DNA of 64,000 nt, from positions 1 to 64,000 of the forward strand of contig CAJVPI010000050.1 of the NCBI GenBank assembly GCA_910592345.1. The letters are read 5' to 3'. Positions 26,505-39,910 of the stretch are shown here, piece by piece. The notes beneath the pieces are model-generated. The model did not search any database, was not told the origin of the DNA, and saw only the letters and a list, made by a program, of their open reading frames with translations. This DNA comes from Paraglomus brasilianum. Lineage: Eukaryota. The stretch's first letter is position 1; each line of letters starts with the position of its first letter. The translations under genes were made by a program, and so were the position numbers.

Positions 26505-28737
26505 AAAGACAAAGGGCTCCGTTGGATTACTTTTTATTTTGTTTGTTTTCTCTTTTCTAATTTACTTACACGACTTTTCAAGTGTGACTGTCAAGACTGT
26601 TATCGCTTTTTTTTTATATTTTACTTGCGTTCTATAGTTGCTGTGTTTTTATACGACTTTTTTTGGGGAAGTATTTAGTATTTTAATGTATGAACATTGG
26701 TCGTCGGACTGTATGAAAAAAGGAAAAGAAAAATGTATACATATATATACATATATATATATTTACAAAAAGTAATAACACAGAATAGAGGAATAAAGAG
26801 AAGTGCCAATACAGCCGCTTCCCCTCCTCTTGCGCATTAGAGTTAGATCTATCTATCTGCTATGTCTGTTGAAATTTTTCGTCATCTCGATATTCAGAAT
26901 GCGTGGAACCTATGCATGGAACTTTCTACCACATTATCATAGGGGCATGGGAAATTGAGGTGTTCATCTACTCTTTTAGCACAAGATTCACATATTACGT
27001 TTCGCCATTGGTGACGGAATGCCTTTGTTTCGCTGTTAGAGGATGTAAGGTTTCTACCATTAATACAATCGATCGACGGTTAAGTATTTAATTAATTTCC
27101 CTACATTCATTTTACCCTTTTCGGTAACGTTGGCAAATTACTCATGCTTATTACGTACGCTAAATTTTACCACGTTTCAGTCTGATTAACTTAAATGTTT
27201 TCTCGTATTAATAATTGTTCGTTTTGGAGTTTTCTTTCATTCGCCGCATTAATTTGAACGTTTCCAATTTTGGAAAAGAAACCGACAATCGCACGTTCTG
27301 AACATACGTACGATGACGATGAACTGAATTAACGCCATTTCATTTTGGAAAGCTAGTGGGCATCATGTTTTGATATGGGAAGCAAGCTTGTATTCTGAAG
27401 CGCGATTTTCACCAATACTGGTACTTTAAGGTCAAGAATTAAAGATTTGTCCTGCAACAATATAAAGACGATTACAATCTTTGAATTTTGAAATCTCTCT
27501 TGTCTGTCTAAGTTGAGGTTATACAATTTTACATCACCACAACTATCACCAAGTTGTCCGAATAATAATTTATGCAATCTGAAAGAAATCGGTAGTTCGA
27601 TTATACGACTTTTGGATTCGATTTCAAATATTGTAATCAGGACTAACATTTGGTTTATGCTATTCCATGCACATGAACTGGTATTTGGCTTGCTTACTGC
27701 GTTAATCAGAGCTTTGATGTCACTCAGTAGAACATTGGCTAGTTGCGTGTAAACTTGTGTCTTAAAGTCTCGTTTTATTACCATCATGTTGCAAAGACTA
27801 CAACGGTAATTTTACATGCAAAAAAAGGGCAGGCACATGACAATTATATGCATCAGCCTTAATGCCTGTTGGCTAAAATTTTCGTGGCGCTATTAACAAG
27901 CAGAATAATGCTCAATCATTTATTCAATAGATAATGATATAACAATCTCTCGAATGTTTATAGGATACAAGTCAATAACAATAACAATACGTAGCGCGCT
28001 ACGCGAATAACAATACAGTAAGTTATCTAACGCAATTTTTTGAGTATGCATGTTATTGTAAATTTCATTTCGAGAGATTCTACAAACTAGTTTGGCGTAA
28101 ACAATAATCCTTCTCACCCGCACAATTGAATCAATCTGCCAAATTTAATCGAAAAGCCAGCCTTGAATTACGTTGAGAATTCCAGGATCTCTTCGTTACG
28201 CGTTCGTAATATAAGGTTTTATTTACAACATATAGTATTAGCCGTCTTTGTACATAGAAAACGAGTGCCGAGATGATTATTGTTTCGGGTACCAAATTCC
28301 TAGATCGAGAAATGGCTGATTTATTGATGCCGATCCTCCTTACTATAATAGTCACGGAGACATCAGAAATCGCCTTTTTCACTTTGTCTGCATGCCCCCA
28401 CATTATTAATCACGTGTCTAATTAGATGGTCATCCAACAATGATGCATTATTATAGTTTGAGAATATATTTGGAAATTTATTTGCTGGGATGATCTCGTG
28501 TTGTAAAGAACCTGGCTTACAACTACAAACATTCTATATCGAAATGCACAAACGAACGAGTTCCAGGAAAGACTTTGTTATCGGAACGCATTTTATTTTG
28601 ACATGTCATAAGTGACGCTAATCCCATCCTGAAATGGTAATTTCATGTGGTGACTGATTTCGTATTACTTTCAAATGTATGACAAAACTCACAAAAACGT
28701 GTTTTTTCCAACAAAAAATATCCATCTTCTTCTTGAC

Positions 28738-31700
28738 ATGTCAAAAGATACAAGAATACCTCCTACACCCTCGAACAATCCTGGTCTACTTCGTCAAGGG
28801 CATGGAGCAAAAGCGGCTTTACGAGAGAAATTTGTCGAGATATACGAATCTTTTTTCAAAGTACAAATCGAGATTAATGCTGATTCTACAACATATAAAC
28901 TTGGTTCTAATGTCATATAACCATTGTCATAGGGAATTGATCCAGCCGCAGGGAATCCTTATTTCTGGAATGAATTATTCCTTCTCAAAGTGAATGCACC
29001 TTATCTGAGTCAGACGTTGGCAGGAATGTCGGAAGAGAAGTTACTAAAAATCAAGGTACTCGGCAGACCCAGTCCGGGCGTAATTCGTAACTGTATGCTA
29101 ACTCGATTTTTTTTTCATTCTCGCTCTTGTCTCTAGCATAATATCAATCTGATATTGGTCAAGTCGATGGAAGTTATGAGTCAAGACAATAACAGTCTAA
29201 GGATAATGAATGCTATCGAGGTAAGAGTTATGACGAGAATGTATTGTTTCTGTTCTATTCGCTTGCCTATCTAATCAGCATTGCGATCTATGCATATCCT
29301 TTATGCGACTAGACGCTTTGTGTGTTCTTGCAAGGAATATTCTCAAAGAGATTCAATAATTTTAGCTTTGAAGTCATAAACCTGCTCACCGGACTGGACA
29401 AAGCGAACGACGTATTTCCGGTTGGTTATTAAATGGATATTTACGATTGCCACTTAACTATATTAACAGTCAATCAATTTGTGATTGTCAGCGATTGATA
29501 GAGACGATAGAACGGCTGATACGAGGTGGGGAAACAGGTAAATACGGTTCGAAATAGTGCTTTTCAAGATGTAGCAACGAAATTATGCTTATGCTACCCA
29601 TTCGTAATTTACTGCATACATTGATTACTCTTATTTAGTTCAGATCAGACATCTTGCTCTTCAACTGGCTGTAGTCATCATCTGTGGTAATAGCAACATC
29701 AATCAAAACAGCATAAACGAATATTTTATTCAGCGAGACATGTTTGATGCCTTGATTGAGGTATGAGCGTTCACAGTTGTTACTTTTGCGCAGAAACGCG
29801 CTATATGTAAAATAAACTTTTTCTTTCTCTGTTTCATAGTTCATCGTTCATCCGGAAACGATACATCTAGCATATGATGCAATCACCTTGCTTGGCATAT
29901 TAGCAAATTTCAAAAAGCACGAGTCAACGAATCCATATTTGGTGAAATTAAGCACATTAAAAGACAACAACGTTTTGCAGGTTAGAGATACCAGAACAAG
30001 AATGAACATATTGCCTTTACCCACAAAATTGACGATTAACTGGTTTACAGAAAATAATGGAAGTCCTTGGATCGACGTGCGTCAGATGTAGGAGGTTGGT
30101 ATCAAAGGTATCAAAGATATCATCTGGTAATTCATTGTCATTTTTTACTGTTATAACCCGATATCTCATAGTCAGTATACAGATATAATGGCCGATGATG
30201 ATGCTTCGAAGGTGTCGGTTTCTAATATGTTATCCTATGTTGGTGGACTTTTATATTGGAATGGGCCAAAGCCCGGCGACGTTCAATCCGATATTGAGGG
30301 TCTTTTTGCAAAATTGTATGTATGCTCGATAATAGATATCAATACACTCGAATTGTATGCTAATGGGATATGTTATTTACCCGCAGACCGTCACCTAATG
30401 CTGCGATATTGTTGACATTTTACGACTTGATAAACACAAACAAACAATTTATATCTATTATTGCTCAGTCCATTACCCCGCGCGACAGTCCGTCTACCGA
30501 GATATCAGACAATAAGGGTAAGAATTTGATCAGAACAAGTTGTAGCAGTAGCAATGGCAGCAATGTCGTGGCTTACAGGCTGCTCTCATTTCACTGCGTT
30601 AAACAATGTCAATTGTATTCATGTAATAATATGTCTTTGGTTTGTGATTAGATCTACAATGCATGCGAGACTTCCTCTCATTCACTTCATATATGCTTCA
30701 ACACAATAGATCTCCACGTACTGCAATTTACACCAAATTATGCTTATTTACTATCTTAATATTAATCGAGAATTCTATTGTGTGCAGCTACTTTTGTGAT
30801 GAGAGTAGAAACGTCGAAATAAAACTATGTCGACAGGTGAGAAATAAAAATTAATATTAACTAATTTTCTTGGAAAAACAATCTTGTATATGTATATATT
30901 AATATGTCATTGTTCAAAATCTCTTTGTTATGTTCCAGAGGCCTCCTCAATTACCTTATGTAAATGGACCTCGACCTGTCGCTTCAGCAATCATAGATAT
31001 AATGGTCTCATTTGTTACTCACAACATGCGTAGAAAGCTCCAATTTGACCTGTACAGGTAAGACCTTCCATACATTACGCAGACATTCTGTCATGTCCGA
31101 CTAACAATTCTCTTATCGTACCCCCTCCCTCAGCTATGCATTATCTATCATCCATCGTATTATTGCATTCCTGAATAAGTATCAGATTAGACTAGGTAAG
31201 AAGTGCGATTGTTTATTGCATATTACTGACCGTACATCCGCCTTGTCAATAATGACCAATTGTCTTTTCTCTTCTCAGCATATCATTGGGTTGAATTATG
31301 GCGTGCCCTGATTTCATTGACGAAATTCATCGTGACAAACATTAATCAAATGGAAAATAGAGATGACATTGAAGATGTATTGCACTCTATTATTAGAATA
31401 CTCAATATGGGCATTACTTATGGCGATACATTCCTTCCTGACCCGCCTAGTTACGACAACTTGTTCTATGAAATAGTTAGATCTGCTGAAGTATTCGAAC
31501 AAGTTACTCTAAAAGGTAAGAAATATGATGTTTATTGTCTAGATTGTTTAACTTATGGTATTTCTTTCTAAGCATTGATAGAATCGCACGTTTTTTCGAG
31601 AATTTTATACAGAAATAATAATAGATTACGCCGAGTGTCTATAATACTTATATTAACACCTGTTACGTTCTATCTGCGAAAATAGTGAATTTACAAAGCT

Positions 31701-32201
31701 CTGAAAGATCAACTATGGATTCTAAACCACAAAGATCGGCTTTGGATGCTAAATCAATTGGAATATCTAATATTAAGAGTATATGCGCTCACTTTTCATC
31801 CAAGATTGATGAATGGAAAGAATCGCGCCGAGCCCAATCAATAAGTCCCTCGCAGGTGAGACGAGCAGATGACAAGCACATACATTGCATTAGTAGAGAT
31901 TTATAATATTAATCCTTTCTGTTTTATATATAACGATGCGATCAATTTGTGCAACAGGTATTAGGTATGCTACCGAAATAATGTCATCGAATTCTCTTGA
32001 ATTCTCATTGTACATGAAATAATCAATGTCTTCTATCAATTAGTTATTATAAAAGCAAACTACGAGACACTCACGTTACCAACTCCCGGCAAGTTGGGCT
32101 ATTACACTCCATACACGGAAATACCGCATCAGGTTGCGTTTCTACGACAAGCGTTGAGAACCGTAGTCGACGATTTCAAGGGCGGTGAAATAATAACATG
32201 A
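28738..32201 (+). CDS. ARMH3: ARMH3/C10orf76 (DUF1741) armadillo-like helical protein; ~17 exons
   Basis: LREKFVEIYESFFK, FWNELFLLKVN, LANFKKHESTNPY, YHWVELWRAL, ITYGDTFLPDPPSYDNLFYEIVR, IKANYETLTL. Confidence 0.88.
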
Positions 32202-32674
32202 TCATTAATTTAAGCGTCCAGTCTGCATTTAATAATTAGATTGCTAATAATGTCGACTAGTTAATAATATCGGTTAACGATTATAAAAGAATTTCGCGTC
32301 TAGATGAACTGTCGTAAAGACTGTGATTCTAATTGCTTTCATTTTCCCATGCAGAATCTGTTATTTAGTTAGTAACAATCATATGTGTTTGCCAGTATAC
32401 TGCTTTAAATTAAATTTGTTACGATAATTTTATTAACTTCAGCTCATAATGCAAATCTCCTTCCTCATACATATTAATATGCTTAATTTGTTTGAATGCA
32501 TATATTTTCGCATTATTGAAGAAATTATACCAGTTCAAATCAACCGTGATTTCAACATTAAAGCATGTTTTTGGTCGACGCTATAGGAAAAAAAAATAAA
32601 ACTATGAGCGAAGCAAAAAAAGGGAGGAGGGATCTTAAAAATGTCCATTTTTAATATTCAATCTATTTATCTCT

Positions 32675-34151
32675 TTATGCCCATCTACCGATAAGTGACA
32701 TAACCAAAACCCCAAGCAGCAACAAAACGAATGCCGAAACTTGATACGTTTTAGGCTGTTTGCGGAAACTGGGGTCAATAACAAAATCGGATGCTATCAG
32801 CTGGACCAAAGAGGTGTATATGAGGATGCCAGCTGAGAGGGAATCGAGGATGCCTTGAACCAGTAGGGAAGTTGGAGAATTGGCATCATAGCTATAACGA
32901 ACACCAATGCCAATTGCAATGCCAAGCGGCGTTGTTGCGCCATATAGGAGGGACAAAATCCACGGTTTGATAGTTTTGACATCATGGAACTCGGCAATAC
33001 GTGAACCTAGACCCAGACCTTCGAACATCTTTTGGGAGGGGGGTAAAATTACAAATTTGATCATGTTCTTGATGCAATATATAAAAATTTGGATAAACAA
33101 ACGCGTCCTAATTATGCTTACCTGATGGAATATAAGTGCAATCCAAAGACTGGTGAATTCGGAGCCAGTGGCAACACTAAGATCCATGCCAATAATAACA
33201 GAATGGAAGCAGATACCAGCTTCCAAAATGATAATACCTAGAGATTGAGCACTCGTGGACAAGACAGCGAGCTCGCCACTACAATGGCCAAATTGATCAT
33301 CTTCGGAGCTGGAGGCAACCTCAGCCGATTTAGGAAGAGAGTGAGAATGCTCTTCCTCGAGACTGCTAGCCATTGTCGTGGCGATATATTCTACAAAGAA
33401 TATTCCCAACGCCGCGGCCATTGCAAACGCACTAGGAAATGAAGGATAGGTCTCCCACCAAATTGAATCCAAACAGTAACTGTTGAGTCTGGAAAACGCG
33501 GATGGTAATATCTAAGAACAAACGTCCGTCATTCAGTCGCGAATTAGTAGTAATTGTAAAATAAGTAAAATATGTAATAAAGATAATATTATACATACAT
33601 GAATAAATGCAGTTGCCAAAATAATTCCGGTACCAAAGTGCTTGGTAGCTGTTTTCAAGCAAGGGGAAAAGACATTAGTAAACTTGATTGATAGAAAGTT
33701 GCATTGGGGCAAGCAGATCATGCTGAGAACTTGATAGGTTGCACAGTTATGAATGTTCTCTTTTTTGTTTGAACGGGTAATTACTTGGGTTTTTTTTTCT
33801 TTTTTTGCATAGACTTTTTTAGTGTGTCCGTATACATTCCATTTGGTAAACTCCTTTGTTCTTTGTGGGTATTAGATACGTACCAAAGAATGCCAATTTA
33901 GGAATACGCAATGTAGGATAACGCTTAGCGATAACCGGAATGAAAGACCCTAATGAACCCGTAAACAAGATAACGAAGAGAGAAGCAAGGTGAAGACCCA
34001 AGGCATATTCAGCCGAATCAAACTCTTGTTTTTTACAGTCCTCGCGGATTAGTGACAAAAGTTCATCAGAAATTCCAAAAACGGGGGAGATGAAACTGAA
34101 AAGAAATAATATGGATAGAAGCATAAGTGTAATTTTAGAGAATGTATTCAT
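32675..34151 (-). CDS. ZIP-family zinc/iron permease (Zrt1-like); 4 exons
   Basis: Signal peptide, KHFGTGIILATAFIH|ILPSAF, HSHS loop, FHSVIIG, HQ|MFEGLGLG, SAGILIYT. Confidence 0.93.
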
Positions 34152-36362
34152 TATGGCTTATGAGGAAAGAGCTTCTCAAGGAACAGAATACGAAAACTAT
34201 AATTGGATCCTTTCGTGAACAAAAGGATAAGGGTTGAGACAAAATGACAGAATATGTATGTTATATAGGTGAGATGTGTGGAACATGTTTAGTACAAAAA
34301 AGAATATGTTGATTGATGACTGGTGAGGTACAGTTGGGATTATGTAACCATGAAGGTACACCGTGTAACGATAAATAGATCGTAATGTTAATTAGGGGAC
34401 GATCGTAACCAAGGAGGTCGCCTGAATCAAGCGCAATAATAACTGATCAAAGATAATGCCTGAATGCGAGTATGAGGGTCTAAAAAATGCGGACCATTGC
34501 AACTGCTTCCTATGAAGAGTACATCTATCCGTCTACATAACAGTTGTACGTTGAAGCAGATTTTTGATAATCCGACAATGGCGCATTTACTTTTAAGTTT
34601 CGCCCCAATGTAACACTATGTTACCTGAATAAGAAAACAGGAGCCGATCATACAGTACTAAATGATAAGATACTCTAACATTGCAAGAATAGAACCGTTA
34701 CGTTGAACTCATCAATCATATCGATAACGGAAGGCTGATGAACCGAAAACAGGACCTGCCAATGTCGAAAAATCGACATATTTTGATAATCATGTAAAAG
34801 TTTACCAACCTTTGAAAGTTAAAAGTTTTCGTTCATTAACTAATTTTGATTTATCTATCCGCCATCGTGACGGTGCATAGGAAAGCCTTGTTATAGTAAG
34901 TCTGTAACCGAATATTGCTTTGTTTATGATGTATAAATTATTTGCGTGGGTAAATATTAGTTCCTCAGTTTTTTTCTGAATGGATACACTTGTATCGTGT
35001 GCGTACTGTGGTTCACAACTGAAAAGAAATTTATAAACAATAACAAACATAATGATGCGCTGGGATTTGCTCTAAATTGTTACAATAATTGACGTCATTA
35101 TTACTTACGACATTTCATAAGATTGGTTTCATTCCCTGATTATTGAAATAGCCCACTATGTCTTTTATATGCTTATTGATGATATTGTGTGACGGTTGGC
35201 TGCAAAGATATCGATATCGGGCGTATTAGTACTACAATCTTCAGGGGTTCGGCATTGTTGGATATTAATTAGTACTGTAGATTTGCATATCTTATTTGTC
35301 AAGCGATAATCAGTTATCGATGCCGATCGAACAGGCCACAATTCAGGATCTCAACACTTGACATTATGGGGTGCTGTAATGTAATGTAGTGTAATGTAGT
35401 GAATTGACGCAGAAGAGATATGTGTGTGAAGCGATACTAGAACAATAAAGCTTCTGACAATGTGTGCAAGTATAAAAATACCTTGTCAGTTGGGGAAGCA
35501 TTGTGATATGGCAGATTATATTATTCAATAATTGTATAATCTCTAGATCTATTGATAAAGTAGCTTTAATAATTAGTCAACGTTTTACTCTAACTTTTAC
35601 ATTCTATTAAAAAGCTGCTCTTGATTATTCCAATTGGAGAAATATTGAGGTTATCCCTTTATTATTACAAAGACCTCCTCAGTAAGACCAAAGTTGCCAT
35701 AGAAGTATGGAAGAAAGGATGCACTCCATTGAATGGTGGTCCCTGGGGATGTGAATTATGACCTATCCAAAAGAAAATTTTCCGTTTCGGCTTTACTTAA
35801 GCTCGGGGAAAGTGTCGGGAAAAAGTATTGGAATTATATACTAGAATAATTATGTGACATCATAATAATAAACATGTCGCAGAGATTCGGGACATCATGT
35901 GACAATCAGACGCACATGAGTCTCGAACTGTATGTATCTATAATCTTTTTAAATTATTACAGGGTTTCTTATATACTGCACTTGCGCGTCTCTAGTTATT
36001 TATAATTATTGCATTGCCACCACAATTAATTCGTATAATTCCACGTCCCGCGAGTCGTAATTATCATTTCCCATCCCGATAGGTAAATTCTGTATTCACG
36101 AGGCAACCTTGTGATAATAAGAACTACGATCATTTGAAGCGCTTTTTCAAATTGTGTCTTCTGAATAATATTAAAAGTTTTTTTTTTTTTGAAAGTGTTT
36201 GGTGTAATAATACATTAGATAATAATACGGAGATACTTTCATATATTCTATTCGAATTTTACTTATACCTACAACTTTCTCCTCGTCATGTTTTTTATTA
36301 GCAAGAATATTTTTTATTTCAGTTTCGAACAACTCGATGTGGCCATAGTAACTTTGTTCATA

Positions 36363-37289
36363 CACTACCTGGACAAAAGTCTTGCACATCGAAAAATTTT
36401 AATTGCACAAATTTACACATAATAATTACATTTCAAATTTTAATATAATGTTGTTTTGGTTTTGAACAAAACGCGTGTATAATTTTTGTGTTGTTTGTAG
36501 ACATACATCAGAATATATAAATAAATCCATAAGCACTTCTAACCTTTATTGATCTTAAAATGTATCCCTTGACTGAAAGTCAACAAGGTAAAATCATTGG
36601 CCTTACAAAAATAAGCAATCTGTACCAAAATTAGTAAAATGCTTAAAGTTCATAGAACGACTGTACTCATACTATTGAAAAGTACCTTAATGGAGATGTC
36701 CTTGCTACTCGTCCTGATCCGAAATTATTGACCAACAGAAGTCAAAAAATTCTGTTAAAAACAATAATAAGAAATCAGCTGAAGAAATTAAAAAAATTTT
36801 TTTGTTGAAAAAACTAATATTAAAGTTTCCACAAAAACTATTAGAAGAAATTAATTGCGGAGGATATTGGTTTCAAGATGATAATGCTACAGTACATATT
36901 GCTGAAGATGTTAAAAAATGGATTTTAATGAACAAAATCAAAGCCTTGCCAGATTGGCCAAGTCAGTCTCCTGACTTGAATCCAATTGAGCATTTATGAG
37001 CGGAACTGGAAAGAAGAATAAGAAGCAGACCACAGGAATAACAAAAGTTGCAGAATTAGAGACAGCATTACAGAAAAAATTTCACAAAGTCAAGTAATGG
37101 CCTTGATAGAAAGTGTGCCACGGAGAATAGAAGCTGTTATTACAAACAATGGATGGCCAGCAAAATATTGATTTATATATAGTTACTTCATTGGTTAAGT
37201 ATAATCTGTTAAAATTTGAAATGTAATTATTATGTGTAATTTGGTGTAATTAAAATTTTTTGATGTGCAAGACTTTTGTCCAGGTAGTG
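36363..37289 (+). mobile_element. Internally deleted Tc1-like transposon
   Basis: ~80-bp TIRs (CACTACCTGGACAAAAGTCTTGCACATC...), TA on both sides, an HTH remnant, and WFQDDNATVH..WPSQSPDLNPIEHL. Confidence 0.95.
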
Positions 37290-37868
37290 TATGTTCAAGA
37301 TTTGCTCTCACTATCCTTCTATATTCGCACAATTTTCACTCCGACTTTGTGCCTTTATTAGCAGGAATACAAATATAAAAAACAAACAAACCATTAATTC
37401 CGGTAATCGTTAATGGTGGTTTCAAGCTAAGTAAAAAGGTTCTAGGACGTTTTGAGAAAATTTTTTTTAGACAATATTAATATAGAAACAAAGCTTATTT
37501 CTATAATAAAACAAGTCCTAAATTTTTTGCGTCTTCTAGGACACCTAGAACGAGTATTAAAGTTGCGTGCTACAGAAGTGGCCTGCTCTGCAAAAAAAAA
37601 AAATATTTAAAACGTTTGTCAAGCGCTGAAGAAGGATACTATAGTAATAGAGCTAATGAAATATTAAACCACAATTGTCTCCAGTTTACTGTATCCTGGT
37701 CATATTCAATTTCTAATTAATCTTATTTACTATGGCCTGGAAATAGAGTTGATAATCTCAATTCAGCTAATTTATTCCATTTTGGGTGTAAAGCTAATAG
37801 TAAGATACCATTCAGTATTAAGCGTAAACGAGCAGGTAGCTGGTAATTTGTTCCTAATCGTCTACAAT

Positions 37869-38044
37869 TATGAACAAAATACATACTATTACTATACTAG
37901 ACTATTTGGGTAATTTTCAATTTGGACACATTACCCGTATGTTGTAGGAAAGATTAGTTTTTATGAACAAAATACATACACTAAACTATTTGGGTAATTT
38001 TCAATTTGGACGCATTACCCGTATGTTGTAGGAAAGATTAGTTT
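37869..38044. repeat. Two-copy tandem duplication of ~85-90 bp
   Basis: TATGAACAAAATACATAC...GTAGGAAAGATTAGTTT is repeated, with a small indel. Confidence 0.85.
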
Positions 38045-38189
38045 CTATTATCCATTCGCATAATCATTCTCGAAGAGCCTAATAAAGTCTCACTGCCAAC
38101 GATTATTAGATAATTAGTAATAAGATTAGTTACCACCTGCCGACTTATTTCGTAATATAACATAAATTCGAGAATGGCGATATACATTA

Positions 38190-39910
38190 GGCAGACGCGA
38201 TAAGTCGGTCCCGGATGGCTGGCCTGGTAGACCGACTTATCGAATCCACGTGACTAATTTAGTAAAAATTTACTTTTAAATCGTTAGATGGAAAACCCAT
38301 CATTCTAAATAAATATCCATGCTCGTTTGTATCAAAAAATCCGTTCGCTTCTTCTCAATTTCCCATTTTAAGTCTCTTAACCCTGAAATCAATAAACTGT
38401 TTACTTTTATATCGTTATTCTGCTGCAAATAGGTATAAATTTTGAATGCTTTCTAAAGCCACTTTGATAGATACCATAAAAACCTCATTTTTGTCATCTT
38501 CTCCTTCATCCTCAGGAGCTTCTTGGACGGCTGCAATAATTTTATTATCATCAGGAATATCGTTTGTTTCTAAAGTACTGTCAATTTCAATATAGTCTTT
38601 TGCTCTCATGACGGAATAATCAACGACCATTTTATCAATAAGCGATTGTACGATTTCATCTTCTATCTCAATGTCATTATCTGGTGGTTCATAGTTAATG
38701 ACTTCCGACCCGTCAGGCAGAATACCAGTTCTCTCCCAGCACCTATATATTACATCTTCTCCACGATTCTGAAGTAGGAATCTCAGTTCCATATTCCTGA
38801 AATCGATTAAAATGCATCTATCCTATCTCTTTTTTTTTTTTTTTTTGATTTTTAACTAGGCTCTTTGAAAAACATTTTCTTTTTTCAGATTAGAAGTGTG
38901 CTCCCATGCCAATTCTCATTTGGGCGAAGAATGAGAGCTCAAGTATTTTATATTAGCGTTACAGTAAGATGTAAAAGATGACTGTACTGAAATAGTAATG
39001 ATGTTCTCCGAATATCACGTGAGACCAATTACTACAGTACTATGTATTCTTGAATAAATATTGATAATGCCTCAAAGCTTTATTATAAACTTGTACACAG
39101 CCAGTCTCGATAAGTCGGTTTTTTTTAGCTGTAATAAGTCAGTCTCACGTGATAATGGTGTAACAAGCAAGTCAGAATCGTATGATCAATATAAATAACA
39201 ATCGAATAGTTTAAGCGTAAATGGTTATGTAGTATCAGGGATAAAAGATTTTTCAACGTCAGATAAGAAAAAAGTAAGTCGATTCTCTAAGATAGGCTAG
39301 CTTGCAGTATTATTTTACTATTATGCAGTCAACCTCGTTAATCCGAAGTCCATGAAACCAAAGCTTAACTTCTTAACGAGTTTTCTTCATAATCCGAATC
39401 TGCTATAAAAAAAAAGATTATTCGGTTTACACACCATCAATCTTTTCAGCGATGCTTGGTTGTTTTGCTTGTTTTTTGTCTTTTCATTTTATTGCAATTC
39501 TCTGTACGCACAATGGAGTTTTTCGCTTTTGTTGGTTCATGATTGAAGAATAAAAATCGAATTGCAAACATTACAGAAAGCTATCTGCTTATCAACTGAT
39601 GAGTTTTTAATCTTTGGATTAACAAAAATACTTCAGATTGGAAAATCTTCGAATTAAAGGGTGTGTGTGTGTGTGATATGTAATATGTCATTAGATTCGG
39701 ATTACGGATTACAGTGATTTTATTATAAAAATTCGGATTAATGAATTGGAACCAGAAATTTTCTTCGGTTTTAACGAGGTTCAGATTAACGAGGTTCAGA
39801 TTAACGAGGTTGACTATGTATTAATAAAAGGTGTGATTCTCGATAAGTCGGTTTCCTCAATAAGTCGGCAATTGGAGGCCAGCCCCTCTTGCCGACTTAT
39901 CGAGGACTGT
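38190..39910 (-). mobile_element. Degenerate pogo/Tigger-like transposon
   Basis: ORF 38415-38792 (IYRCWERTGIL..DYIEID..acidic tail), then IQTSMDIY (PIP-like). Imperfect TIRs carry repeated CGATAAGTCGG/CCGACTTATCG motifs, and the right end is GGACTGTA. Confidence 0.75.
39326..39818. mobile_element. MITE nested in the pogo-like element
   Basis: TIRs CAGTCAACCTCGTTAATC / GATTAACGAGGTTGACT, with subterminal 15-bp repeats. Confidence 0.75.

Noticed and set aside
27353..28403. Minus-strand ORFs of 144 and 90 aa
   Set aside because: No recognisable domain or convincing splice model; possibly an old pseudogene.
29294..29302. ATATCCTTT as a second U12 donor in ARMH3
   Set aside because: It lies inside a normal GT-AG intron (29221-29312) that already gives the correct frame.
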